Source of the DNA: an uncultured Patescibacteria group bacterium
GTDB taxonomy: Bacteria; Patescibacteriota; Microgenomatia; UBA1400; PJMF01
Length of the DNA: 64,000 bases
Direction of reading: 5' to 3'
Assembly: GCA_905478415.1 (NCBI GenBank)
Contig: CAJQIG010000005.1
Coordinates: forward strand, 65,598-129,597
Part shown: piece after piece, positions 19,614 through 27,535 of the stretch
Position numbering within the stretch: position 1 is the first letter of the stretch
Layout of the letters: each line of letters starts with the position of its first letter
Program-made: the position numbers and the translations under genes
The notes under the pieces: generated by a model
Told to the model about the DNA's origin: nothing
What the model saw: the letters and a program-made list of their open reading frames with translations, nothing else
Database searches by the model: none

Positions 19614-19967
19614 TTAGTTTTTTCTTTTATATGCAATAAACCCAAATAACGCAGCTGGAATTATTGCCCACAACACACCAAAAATACCAACGTAGGAACT
19701 GTATAGAACAATTCCTGATAGAAAGATAACCGCAAGTCCAAGTGCAGATGGTGTAGCAAATTTGCGCAACGAGTTATTTTTAACCGATATCAGCATGCCA
19801 ATAGCTAAGATAATTTGTGTAATTCCAAGACCAGTCCAAAATATTGCTGGCAGTGTTTCTAGCGCCCACACGCTGGCTAAATCAGTGTAATTCCCTCTCA
19901 TATAAACACTCCCAGTAAGTGTCCAGAGTGCCAATATAATTTGTAATATTGAGATAAGTATGTTCAT
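19614..19967 (-). CDS. DoxX-like small membrane protein
   Basis: 117 aa with 4 hydrophobic helices. Confidence 0.35.
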   Translation of the reverse strand: MNILISILQIILALWTLTGSVYMRGNYTDLASVWALETLPAIFWTGLGITQIILAIGMLISVKNNSLRKFATPSALGLAVIFLSGIVLYSSYVGIFGVLWAIIPAALFGFIAYKRKN

Positions 19968-20161
19968 CTCATTCTCCTTCGAAGGTCATACCTTTTCCCC
20001 AGTCGAGATAAACTGATTTATCCATAATTTTATTAAATACAAATTCTTGTGGTTTGTTTATTTTTATTGTGTGGGTGAGTGTTTTCATACTGATTTCTTA
20101 GCTATCTTATTATTAAGTGAAGTCCATTTAATGGTGTTAAGTCTTTTCGCAAAGTGAAATT

Positions 20162-20347
20162 TTATAGACTTTTTAACTCACTCTTGCTTAGTTTTTCTGT
20201 GGCATACCGAAACGCAACTTTTGCTAGTTTCTGCTTGTTTTTCTTTAAAAAAGACAGTAGCTGTTTTTTATCTCTTTTACCTGCTTCACGTATCCAACTA
20301 CCTACAGCAAGTTGCACATATTTTTCCTCATCATCAAGATGCCGATG
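20162..20347 (-). pseudogene. C-terminal remnant of a DNA alkylation repair (AlkD/AlkC-like HEAT-repeat) protein
   Basis: Minus-strand frame with no start codon: HRHLDDEEKYVQLAVGSWIREAGKRDKKQLLSFLKKNKQKLAKVAFRYATEKLSKSELKSL*. Resembles the AlkD C-terminus (EFFIRKAIGWALREYSK...FL). Confidence 0.4.
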
Positions 20348-20370
20348 CTAATTAAACTGGGTCAATTTTG

Positions 20371-20835
20371 CTATCTTTTCTTGCCTTGCTTGAATAGATT
20401 GACAGTTTTCTGAATTCTCCTAAGCCTTGTATCGTCTGTCTTTGATGAGTTAATCGAATCACAATGATATCTTTGCAGGCTATTGGGAAGAATGTTGAAA
20501 AACTCTTCAGTTTTGGATTCTTTTAAAGCATTGTGAAATTCTACGGACATTTCAACTTTCCTGGGTGCTGTCGCCACTTGTAGCTCAACCTGAATTTTGT
20601 CTCCACCTTGTAATCCAGAATTTTTGCGGTGTTCAGAACTAAAGCTTAGTAATGTCTTGCCATTCATTACTCCAGGAGTGCATTGATACTCATAACCATT
20701 CACTTTCACCGCAAGAGATGGTCGTTTACCAGCATTCAACTTTTCTATTATTTCGTCAGGTATTTTAATACCAGTGTTTTTTCCAAAACTTGATAAAGTT
20801 GTATCAAATGAAACTATTTTAGGGTTGTCGTTCAT
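20371..20835 (-). CDS. DUF1905/YdeI-like domain protein
   Basis: Start set at MNDNPKIVSFD, 2 nt after the upstream stop. C-terminal TDDTRLRRIQKTVNLFKQGKK matches the YdeI pattern. Confidence 0.5.
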   Translation of the reverse strand: MNDNPKIVSFDTTLSSFGKNTGIKIPDEIIEKLNAGKRPSLAVKVNGYEYQCTPGVMNGKTLLSFSSEHRKNSGLQGGDKIQVELQVATAPRKVEMSVEFHNALKESKTEEFFNILPNSLQRYHCDSINSSKTDDTRLRRIQKTVNLFKQGKKR

Positions 20836-20836
20836 A

Positions 20837-21706
20837 CTATTTATCCAACTCCACGTATTTTTTAAAATTATCCAAAATTGCTTGCCAGCCGAAACGTTGT
20901 TGTTCCTCTGAGTATTCATTGTCAGCATCAAAAATCTCTGTTACCTTGATACCTTCTGAGGCTTTCTCAAACACAATTGCCACATTCCTACCATCTTCCA
21001 TATTGTACTCGATTAACTCATGTTTTTTTACAGAAGTGTAGACTCCAGTCATATCGAAACCCTCACTCCCATCTTTTGCCTGCATCCTTGTTTCAAACTG
21101 ACCACCAACACGCAGGTCATTTGTCTTAGCGATGGCCTCCCAATCGTCAGACGCAAAAGCCCATCTACTAATGTGTGCAGGGTTTATCCAATACTCCCAA
21201 ACTTCCTCCATTGGAGCGTTCACAGTTGTTTCAACCGATATTTTATTCATGCTTGAAAGCTTATCAAACATAATATTCCAGTTTGACACCATGTCCTTCG
21301 TCATACTTTCATCATAATAATTGTCCATAACTAAAGTCATTTTAGTTTTCCTTCCCATCTCAGTAAGGGAAATTTCTATAAGTGTTTCAACTATCTCGTC
21401 TCCAGGAATTCCGTAGTGAGATGCAGCGACGTCATTACCGTCTTCGTCAGTAAAGGAATCAAGGTAAGATAAAAATGTACTAGGTACAATTTTTTTATAG
21501 ACACCTCGACCATAGAACTGTGTCCCACTTTTATCATTTACAAAGCAATACCGAAATACCCCACCCACTTTCACTTCAGTAGTAGCAAGTGAGTTGGTCA
21601 TACCTGCAGGAGCAAACCATTTTGCAAGCAATTTTGGATTTGTCCATGCCTCCCACACTTTCTCAATTGGTGCAGCAAATGTACGTTCTACTGTTAATTT
21701 TTGCAT
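20837..21706 (-). CDS. tandem SRPBCC (AHSA1-like) domain protein
   Basis: Two repeats: EKVWEAWTNPKLLAKWFAP..VGGVFRY and EEVWEYWINPAHISRWAF..VGGQFETR. Confidence 0.65.
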   Translation of the reverse strand: MQKLTVERTFAAPIEKVWEAWTNPKLLAKWFAPAGMTNSLATTEVKVGGVFRYCFVNDKSGTQFYGRGVYKKIVPSTFLSYLDSFTDEDGNDVAASHYGIPGDEIVETLIEISLTEMGRKTKMTLVMDNYYDESMTKDMVSNWNIMFDKLSSMNKISVETTVNAPMEEVWEYWINPAHISRWAFASDDWEAIAKTNDLRVGGQFETRMQAKDGSEGFDMTGVYTSVKKHELIEYNMEDGRNVAIVFEKASEGIKVTEIFDADNEYSEEQQRFGWQAILDNFKKYVELDK

Positions 21707-21710
21707 GTAT

Positions 21711-22187
21711 TTATTTTTCTCCTACTAATTTACCCAGAGCTTCAACTGATTGTCGCCAACCATCTTCCATCCCACTTGATACCATGCCATCTCGGTCTGC
21801 TTTGGTTAAGAATGTAGATATGCTTTTCATTCGAGTACCACCATCGCCTACTGTTTCAAACTCCATCTTTTCTAAAGAAACATGTCCACGCTCTGGCATC
21901 CCCATAAATTCAAATGTCCAAATAATTCTTTCATTGGGGGCGATTTCATGATAAACACCATAGAAGCCCCATTCATTTCCATCAGCGCTTTTTTCTGCTA
22001 TGTCCCAGGTTCCACCTGTTTTCCCCTCAAATTTATTGACTATCACCTGATTGCCTCAGCAAAACCACTTTACGAATAAGTCTTTGTTAATAAATGCCTC
22101 AAATACTTTTTCAATCGGAGCGTTAATTTCCACAATACCTAAAATATCTAAAGAATTCTTTGGAACTGTTACTGTTAATTTTGCCAT
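21711..22187 (-). pseudogene. SRPBCC (AHSA1-like) gene interrupted by in-frame TGA
   Basis: MAKLTVTVPKNSLDILGIVEINAPIEKVFEAFINKDLFVKWFC*GNQVIVNKFEGKTGGTWD... One frame throughout, with the stop at codon 44. Other genes here terminate with TGA. Confidence 0.55.
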
Positions 22188-22192
22188 ATTTT

Positions 22193-22501
22193 TTACCTTT
22201 CAGTTAATAATTTTTCAAGTCGGTTAAATCTCTCTTGCCAAATTTTTTCGTACTCACCAAGGTAGGACGTGGCAAGAGACACAGCCTTCGGACTTACGCT
22301 GACAATCTGCTCATTACCCCTTCGACGCTTAGAAATGAGGCCTGCTTTTTCGAGAACTGCTACATGTTTCGCTACACCCGCAAAGGTGATGTTGTATGGT
22401 TGTGCTAATTCGCTGATTGTGAGGTTGCTTTTTGAAACTCGCATCAGAATATCTCGCCTTGTTGAGTCGGCGAGTGAGCTGAAGATAGTATCTAGTTGCA
22501 T
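22193..22501 (-). CDS. ArsR/SmtB-family HTH transcriptional regulator
   Basis: MQLDTIFSSLADSTRRDILMRV...ISELAQPYNITFAGVAKHVAVLEKAGLI. Start trimmed because the longer ORF runs into tRNA-His. Confidence 0.7.
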   Translation of the reverse strand: MQLDTIFSSLADSTRRDILMRVSKSNLTISELAQPYNITFAGVAKHVAVLEKAGLISKRRRGNEQIVSVSPKAVSLATSYLGEYEKIWQERFNRLEKLLTER

Positions 22502-22656
22502 TGTTAATTCAACCATATAGTTGAATAATACACCAAACATTGAGCAATGTAAGTAGTAATCACCACTTATTTGAGAAAAAAGTATTCCAGACCAGGTGTG
22601 GTAATGCCTAGGCACATAGGGAAAACCAGAAGAGAAAAATTGCAAATAAAAATCTA

Positions 22657-22734
22657 TGGGGTGGCTAACCGGTCTCGAACCGGCGACCTTCGGTACCACA
22701 AACCGACGCTCTAACCAACTGAGCTATAGCCACC
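22657..22734 (-). tRNA. tRNA-His (anticodon GUG), extra 5' G and encoded CCA
   Basis: G-1 GTGGCTA acceptor, anticodon loop TTGTGGT, T-loop TTCGAGA, then TAGCCAC C CCA. Confidence 0.85.
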
Positions 22735-22805
22735 AAGAAAAGTAATAAGAACTTTGATGTCGGTATTATAAAACAGGTTGCCTATAAAACCAAACAACAA
22801 ATATG

Positions 22806-22879
<74 letters not shown>

Positions 22880-22957
22880 ACCAGACATTTTTGTCTTTAT
22901 TTCTAGAAGACATATTATAGACTATGTCCAGGAAAGTATCAAAACTAGAGTCACTTA

Positions 22958-22992
22958 TATAAAAAAAGGCCTGAAGTTTTTCAGGCCTTTTG
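22958..22992. terminator. bidirectional terminator hairpin
   Basis: aaaaaaaggcctgaagtttttcaggccttttgatttt. Confidence 0.55.
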
Positions 22993-23009
22993 ATTTTAAA
23001 ATAGAGACT

Positions 23010-23273
23010 CTATTTTTTTTGAGTTGCTTTTTTTACTTTAGCTCGAGCTTTAACAGCAGCTTTTTGAGTTTTTTTGGCTGTTTTTTTGACAGAAGCAACC
23101 TGTTTTTTGACAACAGCTTTTGTTTTCTTAGCTGTTTTCTTTGCTTCTACCGTTGCTTCTTTAACAGCAACCTGTGCCTTTTGTCGATTTTCTTCTTTTG
23201 AGAAGAAAACGGCAGCAGCTCCAGCAACAGCTCCAACTACTAATGTCAAAAGTCCATGAGACTTTTTTGCCAT
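23010..23273 (-). CDS. lysine/alanine-rich histone-H1-like small protein with N-terminal TM anchor
   Basis: MAKKSHGLLTLVVGAVAGAAAVFF followed by KKTAKK/KAAVKARAKVKK low-complexity repeats. Confidence 0.45.
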   Translation of the reverse strand: MAKKSHGLLTLVVGAVAGAAAVFFSKEENRQKAQVAVKEATVEAKKTAKKTKAVVKKQVASVKKTAKKTQKAAVKARAKVKKATQKK

Positions 23274-23288
23274 TTCTACCTTTCTACA

Positions 23289-24716
23289 CTACTCAATTTG
23301 CAAGATCGAGAGCGTGTTTGTTAATCCTGGTTTTTTCCAGAAAGTACCATGTACGAGCAATACTGTTTCACCCACTCGGGCAATGCCGAGTTCAACAATG
23401 CGTTTGAGTAGCTCTTCAGAACTTTCAAGCCTGTTTTTTTTGGAAAGTTCTATGATATGTGCGTCAATGCCAAAAACCAATGCGAGTTTATCGTACGTTG
23501 ATTGACTGCTGGTAAGGGCTGCAATTGGTACATGTGGTCTAAAACGAGCTAGGTTGCGAGCGGTGCGACCTGTTTCGGTTAGACAGACTATTTTATCAAT
23601 CTTGATGTTGTTTGAATCCAGCAAAGAAATTTCTAAAAGTGAAACCGCCGAATGAGTAATGTACGCCGATGGATCTGAGTCCGTAGTAGCAATGGGAAGT
23701 GGATAGGCATGGTGCTCATTAAATGCAGCAATTTTTGCCTGTGTTGCTACTGCTTTAACTGGATACTCTCCGATGGTGGTTTCTTCAGAAAGCATAACCG
23801 CATCACTGCCATCATAAATTGCGTTAGCTACATCAGAAACTTCAGCTCTAGTTGGGCGAGGGTTAGAAACCATAGATTTAAGCATCTGAGTGGCAGTAAT
23901 AACAGGTTTTCCAAGCTCTCGGCACTTATGGATAATTGTTTTTTGCCAAAAGCTGAGTTCCTCGAATGGAACCTCAACTGCTAAGTCTCCGCGGGCAACC
24001 ATGATTGCATCAGATACATCGATAATTTCATCGAGATTATCGATAGCTGACTGGTTTTCAATTTTTCCAACAATTTGACAATCTTCTAGACCTCGGGTGT
24101 CAAGTTCTTTTCTCAAAATAGCAATATCTTGTGCATTTCTAACAAAAGAAAGGGCGACGTAGTCAACGTTTCCTTTGACAATACCATCAAGCTGGACAAT
24201 GTCAGTTGGAATAAGTGAAGGTAGGTCGATTGTTACTCCTGGAGTATTGAGAGTCTTGCGGTTAGCAACGGTAAAAGATCCGAGTGCTGTAGCTTTCAGT
24301 TCAGTTCCATTGATTTGCGAAACAACAAACTCACCAAGACCATCATCAATCAAAATTCGATCACCTATCGAAAGTGTTTCGATAACTATTTGAGGAATAA
24401 AGGCAGATTTTACTTTATCTCCATTTTCGTTTGAGGTAAAGAGTATTTCTTCACCCTCTTTGATTTCGAAAGGTTTTCCTCCTGGAATAGTAATTCGAAT
24501 TTCAGGTCCTTGGAGATCAAGGAGTACTGAAAGAGGCTGGCCAAGTTTTTTGGCAATTTTTTTAGCACGAGCAATTCTCTCTTGATGCCATTCTGGAGTG
24601 CCATGCTTGGTGTTATAGCGAGCAACATTCATTCCAGCTCGAATAAGCTGTTCTAAAATTTCTTCAGTTTCTGTTGCAGGACCGATTGTAGCGACTATTT
24701 TTGTAGATTTGTTCAT
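23289..24716 (-). CDS. pyk: pyruvate kinase
   Basis: KIVATIGPA signature and barrel and C-terminal domains. ORF in track begins at an upstream TTG. ATG (MNKSTK) chosen as start. Confidence 0.85.
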   Translation of the reverse strand: MNKSTKIVATIGPATETEEILEQLIRAGMNVARYNTKHGTPEWHQERIARAKKIAKKLGQPLSVLLDLQGPEIRITIPGGKPFEIKEGEEILFTSNENGDKVKSAFIPQIVIETLSIGDRILIDDGLGEFVVSQINGTELKATALGSFTVANRKTLNTPGVTIDLPSLIPTDIVQLDGIVKGNVDYVALSFVRNAQDIAILRKELDTRGLEDCQIVGKIENQSAIDNLDEIIDVSDAIMVARGDLAVEVPFEELSFWQKTIIHKCRELGKPVITATQMLKSMVSNPRPTRAEVSDVANAIYDGSDAVMLSEETTIGEYPVKAVATQAKIAAFNEHHAYPLPIATTDSDPSAYITHSAVSLLEISLLDSNNIKIDKIVCLTETGRTARNLARFRPHVPIAALTSSQSTYDKLALVFGIDAHIIELSKKNRLESSEELLKRIVELGIARVGETVLLVHGTFWKKPGLTNTLSILQIE

Positions 24717-24914
24717 AACACTTTCTATTATGTGTTCTATTTGCTTTTGCTTCAAGTAGGTAATCTATCTCTTGCCTCTTGTCAGCTTTATTTGACTACG
24801 TTACAGTGATATTCTAATCTTGCTACTTTAGATTGAAAAGATTATAAATCACTTTTTTACTCGAGTGAGTAAGAAGAAAATTATACCACTATTTTATGGT
24901 AAAAGAAAGGAAGT

Positions 24915-25442
24915 ATGTCAGACGATATACAGAAACTAGATGCTCCAGAAGAAGTCACAGCTCTTGAAAGTGGCGATGATTTAGCGACTGCAGCTTTAGC
25001 AAGTACGACTTCACCATCCGATGAAGATGAAGAAACAATTGCTTCAAATCAGTTAGCAGAAACACTCGGCCATCTTCAAAATGTGATTGAGAGAAATGCT
25101 GACCAGCTGACTCAACTGGGAAATGATCTTAAGCTAAAACGTGAAAGTCTCAAAAATGTTTTTGAGAACGATACACAGTTAGCAGAAGCTACTCAAGAAC
25201 AGCAGGAAACTGCTCAAAAAGTCAAAGAACGTAAAGCAAAGATTCAAGTTAGTCCAGAAGCTACACAACTGAAGACTCAGATTGGTGAACTCAATGAACA
25301 AAAGAAAGAGATTGAGGAAACGCTCAGTAATCACCTGCTTAATTACTATCAGCTAACTCAGTCAACTAGTTTTGATACCAGTGACGGAGACCAATGGGAG
25401 TTTAATATTAGAGCTAAGGTGAAGGGTAAGAAAAAACAATAG
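24915..25442 (+). CDS. hypothetical acidic coiled-coil protein
   Basis: 175 aa, rich in E/Q/T. No motif. Confidence 0.4.
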   Translation: MSDDIQKLDAPEEVTALESGDDLATAALASTTSPSDEDEETIASNQLAETLGHLQNVIERNADQLTQLGNDLKLKRESLKNVFENDTQLAEATQEQQETAQKVKERKAKIQVSPEATQLKTQIGELNEQKKEIEETLSNHLLNYYQLTQSTSFDTSDGDQWEFNIRAKVKGKKKQ

Positions 25443-25458
25443 TTCCTAAACCTATATA

Positions 25459-25493
25459 TGAAACCAAAAGCGCCAGGCAATTTGCCTGGCGCT
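25459..25493. terminator. hairpin terminator, repeat copy 1 (gcgccaggcaa tt tgcctggcgc)
   Basis: aaagcgccaggcaatttgcctggcgctttctg. The 29-nt core is identical to 51437..51465. Confidence 0.6.
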
Positions 25494-25525
25494 TTCTGTA
25501 TATCTTTCAAGTTAAGTGATTGAAC

Positions 25526-25780
25526 TTAGTTTTTACCTAAACGATCACTAATTCTTTGGAGAACTTGAGCAGAAATGTTTTTCATCTTCTTGAGGTTTCG
25601 AGCTCTTTTACGGAGTCGACGCATCTCTGTCTTCTTTATAGTTCTCTTTTTAGAGGGTTTTTGAAAGTATCTTCGGTCACGAGCTTTGGTAACAATATCA
25701 GCAGCTGAGGTAGCTTTTTTGAACTTCTTAATGACGTCAAATGTACTGTCATTGCCCTGGGCTTTAATAATAATTGGCAT
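25526..25780 (-). CDS. rpsU: 30S ribosomal protein S21
   Basis: MPIIIKAQGNDSTFDVIKKFKK...RRYFQKPSKKR...basic C-terminus. GGAGG RBS upstream. Confidence 0.75.
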   Translation of the reverse strand: MPIIIKAQGNDSTFDVIKKFKKATSAADIVTKARDRRYFQKPSKKRTIKKTEMRRLRKRARNLKKMKNISAQVLQRISDRLGKN

Positions 25781-25899
25781 ATACTCTCACCTCCTCCCCA
25801 AAAAATTTCAAGTTACTAATAGTTTGCTTGGTGAAAAGCAGAACTGTATTTTAACCTATAAAAACAAAAAAGTCACCTCTTAGATCTGAAAATGAGTGA

Positions 25900-26274
25900 T
25901 TACTCGTTAATGAGTTGAGCAGCTTCTTCTTCAATAGCCCCTACATCCTGATTTTTTGTCCATCCTCCCGTAAGATGGACATGAATATGTTGGACTTGTT
26001 GAACTTTACTACCCACATTCATAAAAATTTTGTAATTATCTGAAATATCTAAAATTTTGGCAACCTTTCTGACTGTTTGAAGGAGTCCTGCGTGGAAAGC
26101 AGTATTTGAAAGAGCAACTTTTTCGAGTGTTTGGTATGGGTGTTTTGGAACTATGAGTACATGCACAGGTGCTTTTGGGTACAGGTCATTGAAGGCAATA
26201 AAGTCATCATCCTCATATTGAATTGTTGCGGGGATCTCTCGAGCAATGATTTTGGAAAAAATTGAATCTGACAT
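25900..26274 (-). CDS. HIT family protein (histidine triad)
   Basis: QHIHVHL histidine triad motif. 124 aa. Confidence 0.75.
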   Translation of the reverse strand: MSDSIFSKIIAREIPATIQYEDDDFIAFNDLYPKAPVHVLIVPKHPYQTLEKVALSNTAFHAGLLQTVRKVAKILDISDNYKIFMNVGSKVQQVQHIHVHLTGGWTKNQDVGAIEEEAAQLINE

Positions 26275-26288
26275 GCGACTTTATTTTC

Positions 26289-27170
26289 TTACTTTTGTGC
26301 AAATACTTCTTTTGTAAAATTCATAACTGCTTGTAAGCTGAGTGGTGAAGCTTTTTGGCTTTTATTCTTAATAGAACCATTTAGAAGCATCTTCCCACTC
26401 GCATGTGAAAACCAATCCCCAACAGTATCGACTGAAGTGATTTTATCGGCGAGTGCTTGTAAGTTGATGTCTGCATCTGGGCGAGCTTTAATCCTAATAT
26501 TACCGAGTTTGGGATCTTTTTTTATAACTAAGATGTACCCCTGTTTTTGAGCACACTTAATTGTGTCATCATTTCTTGTCTCGAGAGCTAAACACTTTCC
26601 TTGTGGAATTTCAAAGGGAATACCTTTTGCATTGATAATTTCGTTGGCTTTGATTTGTTGCGTTAAAGTCGCATAAGCATAATCTAAACATTGCATACCA
26701 AAATAGAGTTGTGAGTCATCATCATGCGGGTCATTGAATTCATTTCCTCGAATAAGCTCGTGAATCATGAAACCATATCGGTAGGAACCTGCGTCTGGCC
26801 AAAATATCTCTCCAAAGTGGTCAATTTCGGTAATAAATTTGACGAGAACATGGAGTGCTTGGTCTTCTTCAAGCTCTGGATGAACTCTGATTACGTGTTC
26901 ATGGACTAGCGATGAAGCGCAAATTTGGTCGCTAGCTCTTTCTGGTTGGTGATGATCAAATTCTCCCAGACCGGTATCAACGTGGGTAACGTCATCAAGA
27001 TCAATCTCGAGTTCTTCAACTTTAGATTCTAGAATTCGACTCCCTGGATTTACAAAAGCAATTCTTGCATCTCCATAGTGTTGTGTATCAAATTTTTTTA
27101 AAAGCCATACAGAACCAATCGCATCTAGATCGGGAGCATGGTGGGTGACAATGAGTCTTCGTGTGTTCAT
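26289..27170 (-). CDS. DHH-family phosphoesterase (NrnA-like)
   Basis: THHAPDLDAIGS (motif I/II) and GEFDHHQP (DHH motif). Confidence 0.6.
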   Translation of the reverse strand: MNTRRLIVTHHAPDLDAIGSVWLLKKFDTQHYGDARIAFVNPGSRILESKVEELEIDLDDVTHVDTGLGEFDHHQPERASDQICASSLVHEHVIRVHPELEEDQALHVLVKFITEIDHFGEIFWPDAGSYRYGFMIHELIRGNEFNDPHDDDSQLYFGMQCLDYAYATLTQQIKANEIINAKGIPFEIPQGKCLALETRNDDTIKCAQKQGYILVIKKDPKLGNIRIKARPDADINLQALADKITSVDTVGDWFSHASGKMLLNGSIKNKSQKASPLSLQAVMNFTKEVFAQK

Positions 27171-27488
27171 TACTACGTAGTTTAACAGACTTTTTTAGGA
27201 ATATCCAAGTTATTGCCTTTTTAGTGAAGTATGATGTAAACAAAAACCCACCACATCAGCCTTACAGTAGCGTAGGAATGATGTAGTGGGCATCCTCACC
27301 GGGATTAGTTAGTACTATAGCTTTTGTCATAGAAATATGTAGTAGTAAAAAACCACCATTCATGGGTTTATAATTGTTTTTCCAGATGTGCAAAAAATAT
27401 AAATATAAGATATAAAAATACGCATTACATGCATCATAATTACCGCAAAATATGACGGTAAAATTTTCAGGAAGTGTTCAGTATTGCA

Positions 27489-27525
27489 AAAAAAAGGTCG
27501 AACCTTACGATCCGACCTCAATTTT
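27489..27525. terminator. terminator hairpin downstream of surface-protein gene
   Basis: aaaaaaaaggtcgaaccttacgatccgacctcaatttta. Confidence 0.5.
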
Positions 27526-27535
27526 ATTTCAAATG

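Noticed and set aside
21711-22187. Considered genome-wide TGA recoding (as in Gracilibacteria/SR1) to explain the in-frame TGA
   Set aside because: Multiple well-supported genes in the window terminate with TGA at the expected protein ends, so the standard code applies. A single-gene nonsense mutation or a sequencing error is the better explanation.
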